Shown piece after piece: positions 1 to 11,343 of a stretch of 64,000 bases of DNA. The stretch is taken from contig OZ251244.1 in assembly GCA_965240325.2 (NCBI GenBank), positions 248,001 to 312,000 on the forward strand, read 5' to 3'. The stretch comes from Rebecca billardiae RCC1528. Its lineage: Eukaryota; Protista; Haptophyta. The position numbers and the translations under genes were made by a program. Under the pieces are notes generated by a model that made no database searches, was not told where the DNA came from, and saw nothing but the letters and a program-made list of their open reading frames with translations. How positions within the stretch are numbered: the first letter of the stretch is position 1; each line of letters starts with the position of its first letter.

Positions 1-925
1 AATATGAGCTTGATCATTCATTAATGATAAGTTCTGGCCTCCATCTGGTTAGCCTCTGATATCACGGTATTCTACGCTCAGCGTCGATGAATACACGCAT
101 ATGCTGCTGTATTTTGAGCTCACATATTCGTCACAGTTGGTCCATTTTGAGCGCTATGATCGGCCTGAATATAGCGGCTCAGCTTTTGATATGGTCCTTG
201 GCTATCATACCAATTACTGCCAGCGACCAGCTCGACCAGCTTGGATGCCTTGGAAGCCTCACGTCAGGCGTGCACTGTGCAGCCTGTAGGAAGCCTCGCC
301 GCGGCAGGCAACACGATGTTGGGCGATGCAAGCTCCTCGAGCACACGCTGGAGCGTAGTGGAGAGCCCGTCTTGGGCACACGCAACGCGTGCGATGCTGC
401 ATGCGCATGAGCACGCGCGCACAAGCTGCTAGGCTAATGGTCCTCAAGCTGCCGCACAGCGGTCCCGTCGCGGAGACATCATCGTCACAGAGCGGTCGGA
501 CTACGACTGAAGGCGCCTACAGTCACAGGCTGACACTTACTCTTCTAGGACGATGGATCGCGTGCTGACTAGTCACGCGAGACGCCGGACACCCGCCGCA
601 GGCCATACGCCAGCCCGCGGCGCAGGCCCATTCCGCGATCGCGACCGTTCCGCGGGACCACAGGCACAAGCCGACAGCGCGGATGAGTGAATGACCGGCC
701 CGCCGCCGTCGAGTTGATCATACAGTACTAAAGTATGTCCGATATTCCGAAATCCGATAATAATCTGAATCGTGAGCCGCGCGCCGCTAGTCTGCCACCG
801 CTACCAGCGCCCTGGCTGACGAGTTGTGTGTACCGTACGAGGCATCGGAAGCGCGGCATCGCACGTCGAATCAGCATCAGCAGGCTCACGGCCAGCCGTG
901 CGTGCCAGCCCGCGGCGCGCGCTTA

Positions 926-3273
926 TTATGATGGCGGCTCGGGATGCGGCTCGTCGGCGGGCACCGGCATCATTGGCGCGTCGCGCGGCGCAGACGATGC
1001 GGGCGCACGAGGCGTTCGCGTCGGCGGCCCATGGGACCGCGCGTCGTCGCCGCCACCGGGTGCTGCCGCGCGCGTCGGTGCGGTGATGGGCATTCCGCCT
1101 CCGCCAGCCTGGGCTGCTGCCGCGGGCTCGTCGTCGGCATCGCCGCCGACCGCGGCGTGCGGCGCGGCGCGCGGCGCGGGCTCGTCGGGCGCACCCGCCT
1201 CGGGCTGCTTGCTGTCGAGCGCGCGCGGCATGCACAGCGTGAGCGCCGCGGTGAGCGCGCAGCACAGCGCGACCACGACAAAGACGGCAAAGCGAGACAC
1301 GCCGCACCCGGCCGGCGCGCGCGCGCTCCCGCCGCCGTGCGCGAGCGTGTCGGCTGCGGCCGCGCGCGCGGCCGCGGCGGCGGCGCCGCCGCCGCTGCTC
1401 ACCGCCACCGCGTCCGGGTCGTCCCCGCCGCCCGCCAGCGCGGCCTCCACCGCCTCCTCGGCCGCCTCCGCGCGCACGGCCCCGCTGATGGACCACGCAA
1501 ACAGCGGCGCGCCCGCGGCCGGACCCGCCGCCTTGGCGAGGGCGGAGACGACGGTGGCGACGCCGTTGGCGGTGCCGCGCTTGGGCGCGGGCACGGAGTT
1601 GTTGATGAGCAGGAACATCACCGTGAAGCCCGACGTGGCGACGAAGGACTTGACGTTGAGCGCGAGCACGAGACACAGCCACAGGAGCGGGGGGACCGCC
1701 GCTGGGCCGGGCGGCGGCGCGGCCGACGGCAGCAGTGCCTGCGTCGCAGGGATGGCAAGGGCGGCGACAACGCCGGCCAGCGCGACCACGCGCAGCGTGA
1801 CGCGCGCCCCGAGCGCCCTTGTCAGCGCCGGGAACACCGCGAGCTGGAACAGCACGAGCGGCGGCCCCGTGAGCGCGGCCGCGCTGCCGATCTGCGCCGC
1901 GCTAAAGTCGAGGCAGCCGAGCGCGTACAGCGCGTAGGTTTCGTCAAGCATCAGCTGGGCGAGGGACCACACGCCGTACGGCGTGAGGACGACGAGGAAC
2001 GGGAGGGCGAGGTACCAGCGCGCGGCGGGAGGCGCGGCCGCGGGAGGGCCGCCGGAGCCGCCGCCCGAGTCGTCGCTGTCACTGCCGCCGCCGCCGCCGC
2101 GGCCGCCGCCGCCGCCGCCGCCGCCGCGCGCGGACGGCTGCGCGGCGTCGGCATCCGCGGCCGCCGCCGCAAGCTCGTCCTCCTCGGCGCCCTCCTCGGC
2201 CGTGCCGCCAGCGTCGGCGGCGGCGTCGCCCAGCACGCCAAGCTGCGTGTACGACGCCTTGCCGCCGCCGCCCCCGCCGCCGCTCCCGCCATCACCTTTG
2301 CCGCCGCCGCCGCCGCCGTTGCGCGCTCCGCTGGCCGCGCGCGCGCGGCCGCGCGGGCGGCGCGCGCGCCGCCTCGCCGCGTGCGCCTCCGCCACCGCCG
2401 GCAGCGACTCGGGCAGGCACGCATGCGTGAGCAGTGCGCACCCGCCCGCGATCGCGCTCAGTGCGAGGCAGGGCAGCAGGTACGGGAACAAAGCGAAGAG
2501 GCGCACTCGGCCGAGCGCGCCCAGCCGACCGGACGGGCGGGCGAGCCAGCCGCCTAGCACCGGACCGACCGCCACGCCCACGCCCCACGTCGCGCCGACG
2601 AAGCCCATCGCGCGCGGCTGGTGGCGCTCGGCGAAGAGCTCGCCCACGAGCACCTTCGCCGTGCCGGGGATCCCGCCTCCCAGCAGCCCCATCGCCACGC
2701 GCGCCGCAATCGCCTGCGGCAGAGTCCGGCTCAGCCCGAGCAGCACGGCGGTCGCGGCGATCCCGCCGTTGCCCCACACCATCACGGGCTTGCGCCCGCG
2801 CACGTCGGAGAGCCAGCCCCACGGCACGGCCGACACCGTGCGCCCGAGCATCATGCCTGCGCGCCACACGCAGCGCAGGGCGGCACGGGGTGCGTTGCAC
2901 TCTCCAACGCCCGTGCTCCCCAGCGCGTCGGGTCGCGCGCGCGCACGCCGCGCACACCGGCAGCGATGTAGCCCGCCCAGTACCCCGCCTCTGCCGCCGC
3001 GCAGCCCGTGATGTCCATCACCATCCAGCCGACAAACGCTGCGCGCGCGAGAGAGAGGGAGATGGGGGGAGGGGGCTGGCCGGCAGCGCTGAGCGATCCG
3101 CGCGCTCGAGAGCCGCACGGTGACGCACGGCATCGCGGCGCGTGGCGCGCACGGAAGACGAGGGTGAATGACGCGGAGTTGGCGAGCAGGTCGACCGCGA
3201 CGAGCAGCGCCAGCCCGAGCGGGAAGTCATCCTCGTCGGAGGCAGCGCCTCGAGCGTGCTGATGAGCCGCCAT
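926..3273 (-). CDS. MFS transporter (ZIFL/Tet-like), 3 exons: 3273-3153, 3038-2958, 2856-926
   Basis: The spliced protein reads FTLVFPFVGWMVMDITG...AGYWAGYIAAGMMLGR...WGWLSDVRGRKPV (MFS motif A), followed by multiple TM helices and KRGTANG. GT-AG introns keep the frame. Confidence 0.88.
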
Positions 3274-3352
3274 GCTGCCCGTGCAATCCCTATGTATCAT
3301 TCGTCGAATCGTCGTCAAGACGTCACCGTGGAGACGACGAATCGACGATCGG

Positions 3353-3510
3353 TTGGCGGCGGCCATCGGTGGCGAGCCTTTGGGCGTCGTGGGCAAGACG
3401 CTCACGGCGCTGCTCGTCGCCGACCAGTACGAACGCGCGCTCTTCGTCGTGCCGCGGGGCTCGATCGACGCCTGGTACACGACTGCGCGCGACTGCTTCC
3501 CTGGGCGCGG
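3353..3510 (+). pseudogene. Degenerate SNF2-type helicase N-terminal fragment
   Basis: GEPLGVVGKTLTALLV...ALFVVPRGSIDAWY...CFPG resembles SNF2 motifs I/Ia (DEMGLGKT...LIVVPxSxxxW...FxP). No downstream helicase motifs follow. Confidence 0.4.
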
Positions 3511-3843
3511 CGTGCGTGCCGTGTGCGAGGCTCGCATGGCGCCGCTTCCGACTCCATCGCGCGAGCGCGTATCACGACGATATCGGATTACGGATGATCC
3601 TACGAGTCTGTACGGCAGTGTAGTCGTAGCCGTAGACGAGTCCGCCCGCGGGCTCGGGGCCGGTGGCGGTATGGCAGTAGTGGCACTGACTCAGTCGTGG
3701 GCCCCGCGCCGTAGGCCACTAGGCCGGACACAGGCGGCAGCATTCATGAGCAGGGCGGGCCGCGCACGTCGTCTTCGACGGGCCCGGACGCCAGCAGTGC
3801 TCACTCAGCAGCGGGGTCACCGCACGGATCATCTGCGTCGTCG

Positions 3844-5148
3844 TCATCGCCGTCGACGCCGCCGCGTGAGGTGCCCGCGCGGCTCCCCGTGCAGCGCAGC
3901 ATACGAGTCCGGTGGGCACACGATCAGCCGGTTGTACGGCGTCTGCGGGAGCGGGCTGCCGGGCTGCCAGTCTGCTGGCAAGGCCCGGCCTGATGACCTC
4001 TCGCGCCGTTGCCGCTGCTTCCGGACGGCGTCCTCGCGCCGCTTGAAGAGGTCCGCTGGGAGCAGCCGCTGCATCAGCGCCCAGTCCTCTCCGCCCGGAC
4101 TCCGCTGCCGCTCGCACCCCCTCGTCCCCTTCTCGACGTACTGCACGCGCTGGAGCGGGCTGCAGCAGTAGTGTGGCGTGTGGTCGAACGGCGCGTAGCA
4201 CATCATGTACACCTTCAGCAGCTTCTCGTCGACCATGTGGAAGTTGCACGCGGGCGGGAGCACCTGCGGCATGCAGCGCATGCGCCAGAGCGCGCCCAGC
4301 TTCTCCCACGCCGCCATGTACACGTCCATCGCGGCGGAGGTGCCGACGGCGCTCTGGTCGCTCACCATGGCGGCCGGCCACGCGCTGCTGTGGAAGAACG
4401 GGCGCGGCTGGGCGGCCGGGTCGCGGCCGTGCTCGAGCACGCGGCGGATGGCGCGGACGAAGGTCGGGTACGTCGGGTGCGCGCAGCCGAAGTCGGGCCG
4501 CACCTTCGCCACCGCGTCGTACCGCCGCCCCATCGCCGCCTCCGCGCTGCGCTTGGCGCGATAGCACTGCCACACCTTGCGCGTGTTGGGCAGCGTCGAG
4601 CCGTAGTGCTTCGGGTTGTTCTCGAAGAGCTTGTACGGCAGCTCGACGCCGTGGAAGGCGCGCGAGACGTTGGGGGGCATCTGCTCCACGCGCACGTGCC
4701 GCAGCCTCGGGCCGTACAGCGCGTGGAAGTCGGCGCGCAGCTCGGCGCCCGTGTCGTCCGCGCGCAAGCGCAGCCGCTCGCGCCTCGACACGCCCACGCG
4801 CGTCCACGTCTCGACGAAGATGTCCGCGTCCCACGCCGAGTTGTTCAGCACGTGCGTGCGGAAGTTGGGCAGGAAGTCGGCGATGTGATTCCGGAAGAGG
4901 CCGACGATGCACACGGCGATCAGCGGCTTGGCCTCGGCGCCGCCAGCGCCGGGCGCGCCCATGGCGGCGCGGTGTGCGGCCGCGCTCCGAGGCTCGCCGG
5001 AGGCGCCGGCAGTCCAGTCCTCCGCCGAGAACGAGGCTGCCGCGTCACGCGCCGCGCCCAGCGCAGACGCGGCATGCTCCAACGCGAGCAATCCTGCGAG
5101 CCACCACGGGACCGCCAACGACCTCGTCCGCGATGCATATTCTGCCAT
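3844..5148 (-). CDS. Membrane-anchored putative glycosyltransferase-like protein (IAVCxxG.R / YDxVxxxRPD / SDQ family)
   Basis: N-terminal hydrophobic anchor plus motifs IAVCIVGLFRN, DIFVETW, YDAVAKVRPD and SDQSAVGTSAAMDVY. Single ORF with ATG at 5148. Confidence 0.65.
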   Translation of the reverse strand: MAEYASRTRSLAVPWWLAGLLALEHAASALGAARDAAASFSAEDWTAGASGEPRSAAAHRAAMGAPGAGGAEAKPLIAVCIVGLFRNHIADFLPNFRTHVLNNSAWDADIFVETWTRVGVSRRERLRLRADDTGAELRADFHALYGPRLRHVRVEQMPPNVSRAFHGVELPYKLFENNPKHYGSTLPNTRKVWQCYRAKRSAEAAMGRRYDAVAKVRPDFGCAHPTYPTFVRAIRRVLEHGRDPAAQPRPFFHSSAWPAAMVSDQSAVGTSAAMDVYMAAWEKLGALWRMRCMPQVLPPACNFHMVDEKLLKVYMMCYAPFDHTPHYCCSPLQRVQYVEKGTRGCERQRSPGGEDWALMQRLLPADLFKRREDAVRKQRQRRERSSGRALPADWQPGSPLPQTPYNRLIVCPPDSYAALHGEPRGHLTRRRRRR

Positions 5149-5330
5149 CGTGCCGGCCGGGGCCGCCGGCAAATCGTCCGGTCGTCACTCGTCGAGCATG
5201 CAGTTTCATTCTTAAACGAGGACCTGCCTGAGCTGTGTGCGTCTCTTAATTCTTAGTAGGATAGAGATTGGCGGCGGACGCGATCATCGATCAGCGAACG
5301 ACGATGCTGAGTCACTCTGCTGAGTCGGCG

Positions 5331-8300
5331 CTACAAGAGCGTCTGCTGGCTGAACGGCACCTGCTGGTCCGCGTCCGCGCCGCTGGGAACGCCTGCCGCC
5401 ATCGTCGATGATGCGGGCGCGCCGCCGCCATCTGCGTCGGCCCCAGCCGGCCGCTCCGCGGCGCCGTCGGCCGGTTGCGCCGCAGAGCTGGCGCGCGCGG
5501 CGGGTGGCCAGGTGCGCTGGGCGGCTGCGGCTGCCGACGGCATGGCACTCGCTGCGGGCGGCGGCGTGGGGGCGGCGCCTTCGACCGCCCAGCGGGAGCG
5601 CAGCGCACGCACCGCCGACGCGTGCGCCCTGCCCTCCAGCTCAGACGGCTCAGCAGGCTCGGCACCAGCCTCCCGACCCACCGCTGCCGGGTGCGCCAGC
5701 GCGGGCGGCGCGGCGGCCGTGGCGAGCGCGGCCGGCGGCGCCGCCGCGCGGCCCGCCACCGCGCCGGCGCCCGGCGCGCCGGGCGCGGGCGCAGGCGCAG
5801 GCGCCTCCACCGCCGCCGCCGCCGCTGGCTCGAGCCGCGCCGTCCCGCGCGCGGCCTCTGCGCCGCCGCCGCCCGCGCCCGTCACGCCAGCCACCGCCAC
5901 CCCGCCGCCCGGAGCGGGCGCGCCCGGCGGCAGTGGCGCGTCTGCGCACGCGCACGCCTCCGGCTGGGCAGAGCCGCGCTGCTGCGAGTGCGCCGAGTGC
6001 AGCGACTCCGCCAGCGGCGAGGGCGCGCCGCCCGCCGGCTGGGGCGAGGCGGCAGCGCCTGCTGCGTGGGTGTCAGGCGCAGCGCCGGGCGCGGAGGTGC
6101 CGGCGGCGAGGATGGCGGCGGCGGCCTTCGCCGCGACGCCCGCCGCACCTCCTCCGCCCAGCCGGCCGCTCGGCGCGTCCGCCGCCCCCTCCTCCTCCCC
6201 CTCCGCCTCGGGCACCCGGCCTGAGTGCATTGGCAGTGTGAGGGTGGGCGGCCCGCCGAGCGCCTCGAGGGCGGGCGAGGCCTCGGAGCCACTCGAGGGC
6301 TGCACGCGCACGCACAGCGCGCGCTCGCCCGCCGGCGCGCGCTCGCACCATGTGCGCTGCTGCTGCGGCGGCTGCTGCGGCGGCTGCTGCCCGGCCGCGC
6401 TCGCGTCGCCGTGCGCCGCGTGAAAAGACGCGCGCGGCGGCGTCCACGCGTCGCGCGGCGGCCCTGCGCTCGCCGCTGCGGGGAAGGCGGCGGCGGCGGC
6501 GGCGGCGGGCGGCGGCAGCGCGCCGCGCCCGCCGGCGCGCGCTGGCGGGCACCACGGCGGCGGCGGCAGCGCCACAACCGCCGCCTCATCCGAGGCCGCC
6601 GCGCCGCCGTCAGCGCGCCGCGCGCCCAGCGGTGCGGCCGTGCTCGCGCCCGCGCCCGTCCCCGCCTCCGCGCCCGCAGCTCGGGCGGGCAGGCGGCCGT
6701 GTGCCGTGGCGGCGGCAGCGGCGGCGCCCGTGTCGCGGCCGCCCGCGCTGCGCGCCGCGCCCGCCGCGCCAGCCACGCGGCCGAAAAAACCACCGCCGCA
6801 GCCGCCGCCGCCGCCAACGCCTGCTGCCTTGTCGCGCGCGGCGTGCTTCAAATCGGCAGGCGCGGCGCCGCCCGCACGCCCGCCGCCCGCCGCGGCGTCG
6901 GGCCGTGCGCGCGTGCGCCAGTAGTGCAGCAGCCCGGCGCCGCCCGCGCACATGGCCAGGGCGCACACCACCACGCCGAGCCACGGCAGCGCGGGCGTGG
7001 GGGGCTCCGCAGCGCGCAGGGGCTCGAGCGCAGCCATCGGCAGCGGCGGCGGCGGCGCGGGCGGCGCGCTCGGCGGCGCCGGCGCCGCGCAGCCCGGCGC
7101 GCACTTCTCCCAGCGGCTGTCCCAGGGACGGCTCGGGTCCTCGTCCACGACGCACCAATCGTACGTGGCCCACTCGCGCGAGCAGCCGCTGAAGCGGTAG
7201 CCGCGGTACGACCAGCTGGGCAGGCAGCGCCGGCCGCTGAGCGTCGCGCGCGCGCACTCCGCTCCGGAGCCGAGGGTGACACAGCCCGCGCGGCACCTGT
7301 CGACGCGCACGCGCACGCGCGCACGCAGAGCAGGGGCGGGCGGGCGAGAGGGCGGGGCGTCAGCGCCACTCCGCTGGGCTCGGCGCGCCGGCCGCGCTCG
7401 CACGCGGCCCCCCATGCGCGCCCCCCCGCGCGTGCGCACCCGACCCCCTACCCCGAGCCCTCACCGAGCGCGCCGCCCTCCCCCGCGCGTGCGCGCGCGT
7501 GCGCGTGCGCTCACCGACCCCACGCCCTAACCCTACCCCGTACCCCTACCCCCGCGCGTGCGCGCGCATGTGCGCTCGCCACCCCCACGCCCTAACCCTG
7601 CCCCCTACCCCTACCCCCGCGCGTGCGTTGCGCTCACCAGCCCCACGCCTGCCGGCTGCGCGTCTGGCACCACTCGCGCCCGACAAAGGAGCCTGCCGAG
7701 ACGCACTGGTGCATCGTGGCGCCCTTGTACGTCCACGTGTCGAGGCAGCGCATGCCCCAGTCCGTCATGCGCTGGCACCGCCGCTCCGCCGGCTGCGCCG
7801 CCGCGTGCGGCGGCGGCGGCGGCGGCGACGCGCCCGCCGTCTCGTCCGCGCCGCGCCTGCACGCCGCCGGCAGCGCCGCGCAGTAGTCCCACGCCGTGGC
7901 GAGGAGCGGCGCGCGCGCGCGCGCGGCGTGCGCGGCGTCCGGCGCGTCCGGCGGCCCCGCCGCACCCCCGCCGCGCGCCGCCTCCGCGTCACTGTCCGCC
8001 TCCGCCGTGGCCGTGGCGCACCACTCCGCCCGTCCAAGGTGGGTGGAGCAACCTCGGTAGATCACGCCGCCAAACTGCCAGCGCTCGAGGCAGCGCGCGC
8101 CGGACTTGGCGAGGCGCGGGCAGGTGCGCGGCGCGTCCTCCGCGCACCCCGCCGCGCACATCCCCCAGCCGCCGCGCCAGTCGCCCGTGACGGCCGTGAC
8201 GCACCACTCCTGCCCCGGCACGAACGAGTTGTTGCGCGTGCAGCCGGCGTACGCGGCGCCCTCGAAGGCCCAGCGCGGGGCGCACTCCTGCCCGTCGGTG

Positions 8301-8365
8301 GTGACGCGCGTGCACGCGCCCGTGAGCGCCAGCACCGCCGCGCCCGCGCCCGCCGCGAGCAGCAT
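5331..8365 (-). CDS. Type I membrane protein with four fibronectin-type-II-like Cys/Trp repeats; exons 8365-7638 and 7296-5331
   Basis: Signal-like N-terminus, four repeats of C-R-x-x-x-G-x-x-C-x-x-x-W-x-[FY]-x-G-x-x-x-x-x-C...W-C...W-x-x-C, a TM segment (PWLGVVVCALAMCAGGAGLLHYW) and a low-complexity tail. The GT-AG intron 7637-7297 joins TG|G to give WGWC. Confidence 0.75.
7440..7620 (+). repeat. Intronic degenerate telomere-like repeats (CCCTAA/CCCTAC)
   Basis: ccctaaccctaccccgtacccctacc and cctaaccctgccccctacccctacc lie inside intron 7297-7637. Confidence 0.7.
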
Positions 8366-8725
8366 CGTCGGCGTGACGGCCGGCCCGCCGCCTGGAATGG
8401 GGCGAGAGACGACGAGGGCGGCCGCAAGACGGCAGAAAGGGGCGGCTGGCAGAGCAGACGGCAAGGCCGGCCGTTTCCTGCTGCACACCCGCGCAGCGGC
8501 GCAGGCGCACTGGCAAGTCACCTCGTCCTGTGCTCGCTGAGTCGCTGACGACTGTGAGTGTGACGATTGACTCCGTTAACAGCAAGCGCGCCCGAACCGA
8601 TCCGCGTGCCGCGCTGTCAAGGCGCGCGGGCGACGACTACCGCCATCACCGCTCATCACACGACGACGGCGCACTACAGTGTGTAGTTACGACGACGCTG
8701 CGCTCGTCGCCGTCGGCTCATACTA

Positions 8726-9361
8726 CTAATGCCCACGGCCGAGCAATGGGACCGCGTCAGCATGAGCAGCCGCAGCGCCGGCTCCGCGCCTCTCGAGCAC
8801 ATAGTACTTCTGGTTCGGGCTGTACCGCTTGCTGCGCCAGTGCACGCCGACGCCGCGGCCCTTGATGTGCGTGTACACGCGGCCCTCGTCGCTCAGCGCG
8901 AACCCCGCGCACTCGCGCCCGAACAGCCCCCTCCACTCCTCGTCCGTGCGGAACACGCCCTGCGGGTCGTGGATGCGGTTGATGCGCTGCGCGAGGGAGT
9001 TTCCCGGAACGGACAGGTCCTCGATGACGAGGATGTAGCGGCGGGCGACGCGCGCGGCCTCGCGGAGCAGCGCGGGCGTGTGCGCCGCCGCGTGGTGCAG
9101 CACCGACATGAACGACACCGCGTCGAACGAGCGCGCGCCCTCGGGCAGCCGCTCGCCGTCGAAGAAGTGCACGCGCAGCGGCGAGCTCACAATCTCGGCG
9201 CACTGGTACGAGTGCGCGATGTCGTACGCGACGACGCGCACGCCGTGCCGGGCCATCAGCCACGCGTCCAGGAAGCCGTGCCCCGCGCCCACGTCGAGCA
9301 GCGCGCTGCCCTCGCGCCACAGCCCGGGCACGTGCATCTGCGACTCCAGCGCATACCGCAT
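8726..9361 (-). CDS. Class I SAM-dependent methyltransferase (start uncertain; frame open to at least 9508)
   Basis: Motif I LLDVGAGHG, VVAYD, LPEGARSFDAVSFMSVLHH and LLREAARVARRYILVIED. Confidence 0.85.
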   Translation of the reverse strand: MRYALESQMHVPGLWREGSALLDVGAGHGFLDAWLMARHGVRVVAYDIAHSYQCAEIVSSPLRVHFFDGERLPEGARSFDAVSFMSVLHHAAAHTPALLREAARVARRYILVIEDLSVPGNSLAQRINRIHDPQGVFRTDEEWRGLFGRECAGFALSDEGRVYTHIKGRGVGVHWRSKRYSPNQKYYVLERRGAGAAAAHADAVPLLGRGH

Positions 9362-9567
9362 GTGCGCTTTGAATGAGATGAAGTCAAAGTACGGCTGGTG
9401 GAACTCGCCGCGCAGCCGCGGCGTGGTGCCGAGCGAGTCACGGCGCGGAGGACCAAGAACTTCCCGAGGCTTTGAACTTGTTTTTTCAGTCCCACACTCC
9501 CACCCCACCCGTGCTCGTCGGACCGTGCCGCCCGCCTACGCACGGCGCAGTGGCCCCCCCACGCCTG

Positions 9568-10623
9568 CTACTTGTGCACGAACGCGACGCGCGCTTCGCC
9601 CTGCTCCCCGCCGCCGCCCTCGTGCGCGCCGAAGCGCGAGTGCAGCGGCGGCCCCGTGAGCAGCCGGCCGAAAGGGCGGAAGTAGGTGTGGCCGATGCCG
9701 TTGAACGCCGGCGTGTTGGCGTTGGCGAAGCCGCCCGAGCGCGCGTCGGCGCAGCCCATCGCGCCGAGCGCGAGGCACAGCGCCAGCCGCACCACTGGGC
9801 ACCGCCCGCCGAGCACGCCCGGATTGAGCAGCCGGCCGGAGCTGCGCACCGCCGCCTCCACCGCCGCGGCATCAAAGCGGCGCGGCGCAAACGCGCCGCC
9901 GCCGAGCAGCGCGCGCAGCTTGGCGAGCGCGCGGTCGGCGCGCGCGTCGGCGCCGTCGTCCAGCCCGATCCGCTCCGAGCCGACGAGCAGCGCGTCCGCG
10001 CGCGCCGCGCCGCCCAGCACCTCGTGCGGCGGCGCGGGCACACGCACGTCCGCGCCGTCCGTGAGCGCGCACAGCGTGCCGGTCGGCGGCGGCGCGGCGA
10101 GCAGCTCGGAGAGGGCCATGGCGTAGCGCACGTCGTTGTTGGAGAGGGTGCCCTCGTTGGGCACGCGGACGAAGCGCACCACGCCCGGCACCGCGTGCGC
10201 CGCGACGAACCCCTCGGACAGCGCGTCGTGGAACACGAGCGCCTCAGCCATCCCCGAGCGCGCGCCGCCGAGCGCGAGCACGGATTCGTACCACGGGCGG
10301 ATGAAGGAGAGCTGGTCGGGCAGGGGCTGCGCGTGGTCGGCCTGGGGCTGGGGCTTGGTGGTGAGGTACGTCGTCATGAGCAGCGTCGAGTTCGCGCGCG
10401 CGGGCTCGGCGCTCGCGCGCACGCCGTCCGCGTGCGCGGCGGCGCAGCGCGGCCACGGGTCCGCGCACGCGCGGCTGCGGCGCGCGAAGCGGAGGAGGAA
10501 GGCGAGCCACGCGCCGAGGGCGAGCGCGGCGGCGAGGCGGAGCAGCCATCGCGCCGCCGACGGCCGGCGCCGCTCGCGCCGCGCCGCGCCGCGCCCCGCC
10601 GGCCGCGCGAGCGGCAAAAGCAT
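9568..10623 (-). CDS. Type II membrane glycosyltransferase-like protein
   Basis: N-terminal TM segment (WLLRLAAALALGAWLAFLL), then TTYLT, PWYES, LVFHD, SNNDVRY, LTDGADV (DxD-like), LNPGVLGG and C-terminal FVHK*. Confidence 0.65.
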   Translation of the reverse strand: MLLPLARPAGRGAARRERRRPSAARWLLRLAAALALGAWLAFLLRFARRSRACADPWPRCAAAHADGVRASAEPARANSTLLMTTYLTTKPQPQADHAQPLPDQLSFIRPWYESVLALGGARSGMAEALVFHDALSEGFVAAHAVPGVVRFVRVPNEGTLSNNDVRYAMALSELLAAPPPTGTLCALTDGADVRVPAPPHEVLGGAARADALLVGSERIGLDDGADARADRALAKLRALLGGGAFAPRRFDAAAVEAAVRSSGRLLNPGVLGGRCPVVRLALCLALGAMGCADARSGGFANANTPAFNGIGHTYFRPFGRLLTGPPLHSRFGAHEGGGGEQGEARVAFVHK

Positions 10624-10729
10624 CGCCTAGCGCACGTGGGCTGCCATCGTGTGGAGGCACCCGCCCGTCCAGCCGGAGCGCGGGGCGGCGCATGTTGAAG
10701 ATTTGAACGGGCGGAGGCTGCCCAGCAGG

Positions 10730-11306
10730 ATGGCCGACTCGGCGGACGACCAGCGCGTCGTGCAGACGTACGCGGACGCGCTCGCGCAGCTGGACGTGCT
10801 CCGCGCGTCGGCCGAGGTGGCGCGCTCGTCTGCCTCGAGCACCCGCCTTGCGCCCGTCGGCGCGCCCAGCGCGCGCGCCGGCCTGCGCCGCGCGGCGGAC
10901 GCGGGCCTCGCGCTGGCAGCTGAGCTGGAGCCTTGGGCGGCCATCGTTCGGCTGCTGCTCGCGCGGTTCGCGCGCGAGCGCGGCGTGGCGGAGCGGGTGG
11001 AGGCGGAGAACGACGCGCGCGAGCGCTCCGCCGTCGCCGTCGTCGAGGCCTCCGGCGACGCGCTGGACGCCCTCGGCGGGCTGAGCGATGGCGCGGAGCA
11101 CGAGGCGGCGGCGGGCGGCGCGCGCGCGGCCGCGGCCACGGCCGCGGCGCAGCGCGGGGTGTACGAGCTGGGCGTGCTGCTCGACGGCTGGCGGGCGGAT
11201 ATCGCCGCCGCGCGCGCCGCCTTCTCCGCCGTGCGCGCCTCGCCCGACGCCGCCCCGGCCGCCGACGCGCCGCCACCACCCGAGCGCGCGCTCGCGGCCG
11301 ACGCGC

Positions 11307-11343
<37 letters not shown>

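Noticed and set aside
1-730. Short ORFs or RNA gene at the window start
   Set aside because: No motif and no tRNA or rRNA structure; probably intergenic or TE-derived sequence.
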